The notes beneath the pieces were generated by a model. That model saw only the letters and a list, made by a program, of their open reading frames with translations, ran no database searches and was not told the DNA's origin. A stretch of 35,083 bases of DNA, taken from the NCBI GenBank assembly GCA_050177605.1, contig JBFXGX010000015.1, positions 1 through 35,083 of the forward strand, read 5' to 3'. Positions 28,249-35,083 of this stretch are shown here, one piece after another. The position numbers and the translations under genes are program-made. Origin of the DNA: Candidatus Izemoplasmatales bacterium (GTDB lineage: Bacteria; Bacillota_I; Bacilli_A; Izemoplasmatales; Hujiaoplasmataceae). The stretch's first letter is position 1. Each line of letters opens with the position of its first letter.

Positions 28249-29310
28249 TTAAGCTGCTTTCGCTCTTGCGATGATTGAGACTAGTGCATCGCTTCTTTCA
28301 GTACTTCCATAGACATACATTTGTCTTGTAGTACCTTCTGGGAATGGATCAAAAGTATCAAAATCATATCCGTAATCATCTACCATTTGTGTATAGATTA
28401 CTTGATAGCATGGAGCATATCCAATATAATCAGAATTTTGTAAGGCAACATCTTCTCTCAAAAAGAAATTGATGAATTCATGCGCTAAGTCAACATGTTC
28501 AGCAATCGTTGGAATGACCATTGCATCCATCCATACATTTGTCGTGTCTGGTACATAATAATCAAAATTAATCGTTGTCCCTTCTTCATCAGCAATATAG
28601 TATTCAGAGAAATAATCTCCTGAATACACAAGTGCCATATCAAGTACACCTTGAATAACGAGTGATTTTAAGTTATCTTCTCCCCATGCAAAGAAATTCG
28701 CGTCAATCAGGGATTGTTCAGCTGCATCTAATTCTGAAGTGACCTCAGAATTTACATTATATCCATTATAAAGGAGAGCTGCTGCGACTGCATCTCTTGG
28801 CGAATCATACATACCAACCTTGTAAGTATCGCCATGTTCAAACATGGCTCCCCAGCCTTCATCCGCCAGCATTTCAGCAAGGCCATCAACATTAGTATTA
28901 TATAAAATACCGATTGTTCCCCAAGCATATGGGACAACATAATCTTCAATACCTGTCCCTGAATAGAGGTTATATAAAGTAGGAATCACTTCTAGATTTT
29001 CAAAATTGGTTAGTTTAGTAAAGTCAATCGGTTGTATTAAATCCTCTTGAATTAGTTTGTCAATCATATAGTCTGAAGGGATTACAACATCATAAACACT
29101 GCTTCCTGCTTGTAATAAAGTAGCCATCTCTTCATTTGATCCGACTTCTTTATACACAACATCAACACCATACTCGTCTTCAAAAGCGCTAATTAAGTCA
29201 TAATCCATATATTCTCCCCAATTGAGAACATAAAGTTTTGTTTTTTGTTCACATGCGAATAATGTAATGGATGCAAATAAGGTTAGTAATAATAAAGTTA
29301 TTTTTTTCAT
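28249..29310 (-). CDS. potD: Spermidine/putrescine ABC transporter substrate-binding lipoprotein
   Basis: Lipobox LFAC, NWGEY, SNEEM, PSDYMI, PYAWGT.GI.YN, YSGD, N.W.D. Confidence 0.92.
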   Translation of the reverse strand: MKKITLLLLTLFASITLFACEQKTKLYVLNWGEYMDYDLISAFEDEYGVDVVYKEVGSNEEMATLLQAGSSVYDVVIPSDYMIDKLIQEDLIQPIDFTKLTNFENLEVIPTLYNLYSGTGIEDYVVPYAWGTIGILYNTNVDGLAEMLADEGWGAMFEHGDTYKVGMYDSPRDAVAAALLYNGYNVNSEVTSELDAAEQSLIDANFFAWGEDNLKSLVIQGVLDMALVYSGDYFSEYYIADEEGTTINFDYYVPDTTNVWMDAMVIPTIAEHVDLAHEFINFFLREDVALQNSDYIGYAPCYQVIYTQMVDDYGYDFDTFDPFPEGTTRQMYVYGSTERSDALVSIIARAKAA

Positions 29311-30116
29311 ACGGCACGTTCCTTTCTATCTTTCTTAAAATTAATAACGAGAATAAATATCACTGTGATAATAAAAATTAAAGCATTGTAGGAGTAGATT
29401 GCAGGAGTGAAACTTCTTCCTCTTCCTAAAACTGCGTAAAGCCATGTGGATACATTCATGTACTCATTACCAGAAGTAAAGTAAGTAATGACAAAGTCAT
29501 CAATTGACATTGTAAAAGCCATCAATCCACCTGCTAAAATACCTGTAGAGATATTTGGTAATATGACTTTAGACAACGCTGTATATTTCGAACATCCCAA
29601 ATCAAGAGCTGCTTCATATAAATTTGAATCAAGTTTTTTGAGTTTTGGCATCACATTTAATATGACATAGGGAATAGAGAAAAATATATGAGCTAAAAGC
29701 ACTGTGTAAAATCCGAGGGTGAAGGAAAGCAATGAAAAGATAATCATCAAGGAGATACCTGTGACAATATCTGGATTCACGACAGGAATATTGTTCACAG
29801 TCATCATTCGGATACGTTTATTCTTCTGTAATGCATTGATACCAATGGCAAAGATTGTTCCTAAGACAGTTGAAAGAATCGTAGCGATAATCGCAACACT
29901 TAGCGTATTTAAGATTGGATCGCGAATGACTTCGTTTTGAAAAACTTCAACATACCATTTTAATGTGAAACCTTCAAAACTATAGGCTCTTTCTGAATTA
30001 TTAATTGATAAAGTTAAAATCAAAATAATTGGTGTATAGAGAAATAAAAATGTAATACTAGTTAAAAGAATCCCGATAGCTTTAAAGAATTTGATTCGTA
30101 CTTGTCTTAATTTCAT
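29307..30116 (-). CDS. potC: Spermidine/putrescine ABC permease
   Basis: FLYTPI, PDIVTGISL, EAALDLG, SIDDF. Confidence 0.92.
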   Translation of the reverse strand: MKLRQVRIKFFKAIGILLTSITFLFLYTPIILILTLSINNSERAYSFEGFTLKWYVEVFQNEVIRDPILNTLSVAIIATILSTVLGTIFAIGINALQKNKRIRMMTVNNIPVVNPDIVTGISLMIIFSLLSFTLGFYTVLLAHIFFSIPYVILNVMPKLKKLDSNLYEAALDLGCSKYTALSKVILPNISTGILAGGLMAFTMSIDDFVITYFTSGNEYMNVSTWLYAVLGRGRSFTPAIYSYNALIFIITVIFILVINFKKDRKERAV

Positions 30117-30949
30117 ATTAAGGTCTCTCCTTCTTTATCCACTTTTGTGATCATTACAAAAGCGAGAATGGAGAAAATCATAATAGCTAAAGAGATGATA
30201 CTGCCTTCATTGATTGATAATCCTTGTGAACCAAGAACTTCTTTCATAAATTTAGACTCAATGATATTGCCAATCAGTGTTGTATTCCCTAAAGATAACC
30301 TTGCAGGTAATACAAAGGATGTCATCGATGGTAACATTGTCATAATCACGCCAGAGATGACCCCTCCACTTGAAAGCGGAAAAGTAACTTTCAAGAAAGT
30401 TTGAAGATCGCTCGCTCCTAAATCTTTACTCGCTTCGTGAAGGGATTTATCCATTTTTTCAAGTACAGAAAAAATTGGAAAGATCATAAATGGTAAATAC
30501 ATTGCCGTCATACCTATAATGACTGCTGTTTCTGTACCAATCAAGTTGAAGGACAAACCAGTTAAATCAGTAAAATAAGATGAAGGTGTAAAAACTGTTT
30601 CCCACGCTACAATCCGTAGTAACATATTGCTCCAAAGTGGGACAATCAAAAGCGTCATCAGAATCTTTCTTGTTTTGTCACCTAGACTGGATAAATAATA
30701 GGCAACAGGATAACCGATGACAAAACAAATAATGGTTGTAATAATTGATAATTTAAATGAATCAAGGAGTGGATTAATAATCTCACTCTTCGCAAATATT
30801 TGAAAATGAACGAGAGTAAAATCAAATGAGCCAATATGATATAACTCAAGGTTCGAAAAGGCTAAGATGACTAGAACAAATGTGGGAATCAGTATTAAAA
30901 CAGTCATCCATATTTGATAAGGTACCTGTAAAAAGCGTATTCGTTTCAT
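30113..30949 (-). CDS. potB: Spermidine/putrescine ABC permease
   Basis: [29 protein letters not shown]. Confidence 0.92.
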   Translation of the reverse strand: MKRIRFLQVPYQIWMTVLILIPTFVLVILAFSNLELYHIGSFDFTLVHFQIFAKSEIINPLLDSFKLSIITTIICFVIGYPVAYYLSSLGDKTRKILMTLLIVPLWSNMLLRIVAWETVFTPSSYFTDLTGLSFNLIGTETAVIIGMTAMYLPFMIFPIFSVLEKMDKSLHEASKDLGASDLQTFLKVTFPLSSGGVISGVIMTMLPSMTSFVLPARLSLGNTTLIGNIIESKFMKEVLGSQGLSINEGSIISLAIMIFSILAFVMITKVDKEGETLI

Positions 30950-31989
30950 GACGAACTTCTTTTCATAATATGAATATTATGTGGCTCGACAGATAACCCC
31001 ACTTTATCGCCGATATTTCGATGTTTTGTAGTATGAATTGTATATTCTTGACTTTGGACGATGACATTGATTTCATAATGAACGCCTTTGAATAAAAGGG
31101 AATCCACAACCCCTTTCAAAGGGCCTTTGTTTATTGATGTAAAATAAAAGTCTTCAGGACGAATCACGACATCAACCACTTCATCTTTTTCAAAGCCACG
31201 ATCAACGCAGTCAAATAGTTGTCCAAAGATCTCAACTTTAAAATCTTCTCGCATAATCCCTTCGAAGATATTTGATTCACCAATAAAATTCGCTACAAAC
31301 CTGGTTTTAGGTTCGTTATAGATATCTTCAGGACTACCGATTTGCAGAATTTTACCTTCATTCATGATGACGATAGTATCAGACATTGTTAATGCTTCTT
31401 CTTGATCATGGGTAACATAGACAAAGGTAATTCCAAGTTTTTTTTGCATTTCTTTTAATTCATATTGCATCTCTTGTCTTAATTTTAAATCAAGTGCTCC
31501 AAGCGGCTCATCTAATAACAACACTTTTGGTTGATTTACAATCGCTCTTGCAATCGCAACACGTTGTTGTTGCCCACCAGAAAGAGTCGAAATCATTCGA
31601 TTTTCAAATCCCTCTAGTTTTACAAGTTTTAGGGTTGACTTGACACGCTCATTGATCACTTCTTTTGTTAATTTTTTGATTCTTAATCCAAATGCTATAT
31701 TATCAAAAACATCTAAATGAGGGAATAAGGCATACTTTTGAAAACAGGTATTAATTTGTCTTTGATTCGGTTCTAAGTCATTGATTACTTTGTCATCAAA
31801 GATTATCTTGCCTTCATCAGGAGATTCAAATCCACCAATTAGTCTTAATAATGTGGTTTTACCACATCCACTGGGACCAAGGAGTGTAATGAACTCATTT
31901 TCGTTGATATATAAGTTGAAAGAATCGAGTACAACGAGATCATCAAAAGATTTAGAAATATTTTCTAAAATGATTAATTTTTTGCTCAT
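30946..31989 (-). CDS. potA: Spermidine/putrescine ABC ATP-binding protein
   Basis: [39 protein letters not shown]-terminal TOBE-like region. Confidence 0.95.
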   Translation of the reverse strand: MSKKLIILENISKSFDDLVVLDSFNLYINENEFITLLGPSGCGKTTLLRLIGGFESPDEGKIIFDDKVINDLEPNQRQINTCFQKYALFPHLDVFDNIAFGLRIKKLTKEVINERVKSTLKLVKLEGFENRMISTLSGGQQQRVAIARAIVNQPKVLLLDEPLGALDLKLRQEMQYELKEMQKKLGITFVYVTHDQEEALTMSDTIVIMNEGKILQIGSPEDIYNEPKTRFVANFIGESNIFEGIMREDFKVEIFGQLFDCVDRGFEKDEVVDVVIRPEDFYFTSINKGPLKGVVDSLLFKGVHYEINVIVQSQEYTIHTTKHRNIGDKVGLSVEPHNIHIMKRSSS

Positions 31990-32137
31990 TTTGTCTCCTT
32001 TGTTTACCCATAGAATATTAGGTGTTTAATATACCTATACTTTGAAAATAAAAGAAATGCGTTTCAATCGAAGTTTAGACTCTTTAGTTTAGTAATATTA
32101 AACCAAATGTTAAACGTTGATAAACAAACGCATTTAT

Positions 32138-32165
32138 ATTATATATAATATTTAAAATTTGTCAA
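32138..32165 (-). promoter_or_regulatory. SigA-type promoter upstream of potABCD
   Basis: TTGACA (overlapping the GH13 TGA stop), 16-nt spacer, TATAAT. Confidence 0.75.
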
Positions 32166-33856
32166 CTTTTTTTACGTGAAAAAACAAATGCATCATAAGG
32201 GCTAAGTTTCATCTTTTTAGAAAGGTTTACTTGTTCTTCTGTGTTGGTCAATAAAAGCGTATAGAGAGAGAAATCGATTCCTTCCAAGTCGACCTGAATT
32301 TCCGATTTTGTAAAATTACAAATCACAAGGAAATCATGATACTCACCTTTGTTTTCATAGACGTAATTTTCATCGCTATCGATATCATAAAAGTCAATCT
32401 TACCATCTAGGATATCCATATTTTCTTTTCTAAAATTGAGAATCCATTCATAAGTATGATATACCGAACTTGAAGAAGTTTTTTCATCTTCTAAATTGAC
32501 ATCTAGATAGTCAGCATTGACATTGATCCAAGGCTGTACTTTCGAGAAACCTGCGTATAAGTCATTATTCCATTGGAATGGCGTTCTTGCATTATCTCGA
32601 CAACGATCTTTAATCACTTGTAAGGCTTCTTTTTCAGATAATCCACGATCGGTCATATTTTTATATTCAGTAAACACTTCGACATCTCTAAACTCATTAA
32701 TATCTTGATACTTTACATTGGTCATGCCAATTTCTTCGCCTTGATATACAATCGCCGTCCCTGGCATAAAATAAAGAGCATACGCTAGCATCTTCGCTGA
32801 TTTGTCATGATATTCTTCGTCATTTCCATAATGAGACAGAACGCGTGGTTGGTCATGATTATGCCAATAGATAACATTCCATCCTTTTCCTTCTAACATA
32901 TCGTACCAATGTTTAAAACTTTGTTTAATCGATGAAACGCGCAACTTACCTTTAGCCCATTTACCCATTAATTTTGGATTATTATTATCTACATCAGACC
33001 AACAATGACCAAATTGAATTAACATATTAAATTCATTTGATCCATAGCCTGCATATTGTAAAGCTTCTTCTTTGCTTGCACCACCAGATTCGCCCACCGT
33101 GAGGATATCATAAGGAACGAATATTTCTGTTCCTAATTCGCGCAAATATTCATGATGTTTTGGAATCGAAGAGAAGTTTTCATATCCAGGAAATGCATCT
33201 GGAAAATCCCAATTTTTCTCTAGATGGTTACTAGCATCGACTCGAAATCCATCGATTCCTAAATCAAGCCACCATTTAATCATTTCTTTGATATCTTTTC
33301 TAAGAGACTCATTTCTCCAATTTAGATCTGGCATTTTCTTTGAAAAGATATGAAGATAATATTCATCCGTTGCTTCATTATAATCCCATGCAGGGCTGCC
33401 GAACCAACCAATCCATCTTGTTGGTCTGATACGTTTACCTTCTGCATCATATTTTGGTTTATGCCATATATAGTAGTCATGATATTTTGTGAACTGAGGA
33501 TCCGTTGGGTCCTTTGCTTTTTGAAACCAAATATGTTCATCTGAAGTATGATTCAACACTAAATCGGTAATGATTTTCATATCCATTCGATGTGCTTCAT
33601 CAACCATTCTACGGAAATCATCAATGGTACCATAATCTTTTGACACTTGATAAAAATCGCGAACGTCATAGCCGTTATCATCCATTGGAGAATCATAATG
33701 AGGAGAAATCCAAAGAATTGAAACACCTAATTTTTTGAGATAGCCAAGTTTTTGTCTTAGCCCTTCAATATCGCCAATACCATCATTATTTGAATCAAAA
33801 AAACTTCGAAGATATATTTGATAAATCGTTTGTTTTTGCCACCATTTTTTGTCCAT
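32162..33856 (-). CDS. GH13 alpha-glucosidase (oligo-1,6-glucosidase-like subfamily)
   Basis: DSNNDGIGD, DNGYD, DLVLNHTSDEH, GFRVD, VGE, NHD, YQGEEIGM, RDNARTP.QW. Confidence 0.93.
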   Translation of the reverse strand: MDKKWWQKQTIYQIYLRSFFDSNNDGIGDIEGLRQKLGYLKKLGVSILWISPHYDSPMDDNGYDVRDFYQVSKDYGTIDDFRRMVDEAHRMDMKIITDLVLNHTSDEHIWFQKAKDPTDPQFTKYHDYYIWHKPKYDAEGKRIRPTRWIGWFGSPAWDYNEATDEYYLHIFSKKMPDLNWRNESLRKDIKEMIKWWLDLGIDGFRVDASNHLEKNWDFPDAFPGYENFSSIPKHHEYLRELGTEIFVPYDILTVGESGGASKEEALQYAGYGSNEFNMLIQFGHCWSDVDNNNPKLMGKWAKGKLRVSSIKQSFKHWYDMLEGKGWNVIYWHNHDQPRVLSHYGNDEEYHDKSAKMLAYALYFMPGTAIVYQGEEIGMTNVKYQDINEFRDVEVFTEYKNMTDRGLSEKEALQVIKDRCRDNARTPFQWNNDLYAGFSKVQPWINVNADYLDVNLEDEKTSSSSVYHTYEWILNFRKENMDILDGKIDFYDIDSDENYVYENKGEYHDFLVICNFTKSEIQVDLEGIDFSLYTLLLTNTEEQVNLSKKMKLSPYDAFVFSRKKS

Positions 33857-33932
33857 ATAAGCTCCTTTGTAACTACACCTTCATTATATCGTATCTTGGT
33901 GAAAACAGGCGTAGAAAGAACATAGTAAACTG

Positions 33933-35083
33933 TTACATATTGAGATAAGGATATAACTCACCAAACAGATAGGCAATTCGAAGTTCTTGAATTTCTGATT
34001 TTAATAAACTTCTCCCTTGATGATGATAGATAACATCTTTTTCTATTGAATGTTGCAGTAATTTTAAGGTTTCTAGTGATTGGTCTTTCACAAAAAGATA
34101 ATCAGCGAATTGATGAAGACGTAAAGTTTCCTTTAAATAGTCTTCGTCCAAACCAATCGCAACTTCAAATCCTTCTTTTTTGGTTATCTGAATTAATTCT
34201 AAGACTAATTTTTCATTTCCTAGTGAAATATCATAAAGAATCACATTTTTTGAATCTTTGTCACGTCGGCGTGAAATTCGCTTCAATAGGTTTGTGAGTA
34301 AGGCAAAGTCCATCGATAAAGAATCATGAACTAATAGAAATAATCCTAGATTTTCAGCTCTATCAAAAATAGATTTTTGTTTTAGAATCGATTTCAAGAT
34401 TTTTTCATCATATTTCTTTGTTAATCCATATTCAATTAAGGTTTGGAATATCTTTTCTTCATCCCCAAAGATAGCACTAGGATCTAGTCCAATGAAATAG
34501 CCTTGATCTAATTCTGAAGAGACCGTTCTAACTGGATAAGCGACTAATGGAATGACGTCTTCACCCAGTAATTTTTCTGCATGAATAAGTAGTGTTTTAC
34601 GTAAATTAACTTCGGAATAATACTTTCTCTCATACACGACAATTTCATCAATCGTGCGATATTTATAATAATAAGTATATAAGGTTTGTATTGTTTCATG
34701 GAAAGGGATACTTTTTTGAATAGGTAAAGCAAATGCATAAAGTTGATAACGATTATTTAAATGATGTATCTGTTTCTTTAAATCATTAAAGATCCGTTGT
34801 AAAACACGTTTATCAGTGGTTTTTAGCCAAAGTACCCATCCGCCTTCAATCGATTCAAAGAGGCCTAAATTATAGTCTTTTACCATCTCTTCATAGGTAG
34901 ACGATAAGGTATGTTCTACTTCTGATTTTGAATGATAAGATACTGTTTTAAAAGTATCCTCAAAATGGTCAATTTCGAAATAGATAAATGTGGATGCTGC
35001 TTCATACGAAAGATACTTTTCTTCTAAATGATGAAAAGAGAGAATGTTCGAACGAAGGAATTTTTTGGATTCTGTTTTTTCTT
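33933..35083 (-). CDS. 5'-truncated protein with degenerate GGDEF-like and EAL-like domains
   Basis: The frame stays open from 34886 to the window end. The added part reads ...STFIYFEIDHFEDT..., resembling the GGDEF D-I-D-x-F strand. The C-terminus has EAL-like remnants (EGFEVAI, ADYLFVK, IAYLFGELY). Confidence 0.55.
   Translation of the reverse strand, partial: EKTESKKFLRSNILSFHHLEEKYLSYEAASTFIYFEIDHFEDTFKTVSYHSKSEVEHTLSSTYEEMVKDYNLGLFESIEGGWVLWLKTTDKRVLQRIFNDLKKQIHHLNNRYQLYAFALPIQKSIPFHETIQTLYTYYYKYRTIDEIVVYERKYYSEVNLRKTLLIHAEKLLGEDVIPLVAYPVRTVSSELDQGYFIGLDPSAIFGDEEKIFQTLIEYGLTKKYDEKILKSILKQKSIFDRAENLGLFLLVHDSLSMDFALLTNLLKRISRRRDKDSKNVILYDISLGNEKLVLELIQITKKEGFEVAIGLDEDYLKETLRLHQFADYLFVKDQSLETLKLLQHSIEKDVIYHHQGRSLLKSEIQELRIAYLFGELYPYLNM

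Noticed and set aside
32046..32135. SRP RNA or 6S RNA interpretation of the rod-like hairpin
   Set aside because: It lacks the SRP CAGG...GNRA...AGCAG motif and is about half the usual 6S length.
570..34738. Short alternate-frame or antisense ORFs in the track (e.g. 570-767, 5493-5708, 9781-10095, 10997-11329, 16927-17163, 18278-18580, 27072-27356, 33322-33540)
   Set aside because: All lie inside well-supported genes and have no recognisable motifs. The Val-rich 16927-17163 ORF is only the antisense of the Thr linker.
1..35083. CRISPR arrays, tRNA/rRNA genes, IS elements, prophage genes, TGA-to-Trp recoding
   Set aside because: No spaced direct repeats, cloverleafs, transposases or integrases were seen. 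TGA ends genes at ATGA junctions (4264, 20144, 29307, 30113, 30946).

Overview
AT-rich chromosomal window, mostly minus-strand, using the standard genetic code (TGA acts as a stop in several ATGA gene junctions). Bacilli-like gene order with intervening genes missing, plus Thr-rich lipoproteins, suggests a reduced Bacilli/Mollicutes-related organism such as Acholeplasmatales/Izemoplasmatales (inference). Most genes are housekeeping or metabolic: glmS, mnmA, nadE, nadD, an M42 peptidase, an RluA-family synthase, DUF402, trmL, nfo, cshB, ispH, recN, dxs, xseAB, nusB, potABCD and a GH13 glucosidase. A lysine riboswitch precedes a polar amino-acid ABC transporter whose permease carries an unusual extracellular Ig-like domain. 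The best candidate for an undescribed system is a coupled 4-gene cassette (2060-4899): a secreted protein with an aerolysin/ETX-MTX2-type amphipathic beta-hairpin, a membrane-anchored beta-rich protein, an ABC ATPase and a permease. A hairpin that occludes the first gene's RBS separates the cassette from an upstream patatin gene. Other points of interest are tandem membrane-tethered CotH kinases, a rod-like RNA leader upstream of potABCD and a degenerate GGDEF-EAL-like protein cut by the window end. No CRISPR array, tRNA, rRNA or mobile element was seen.
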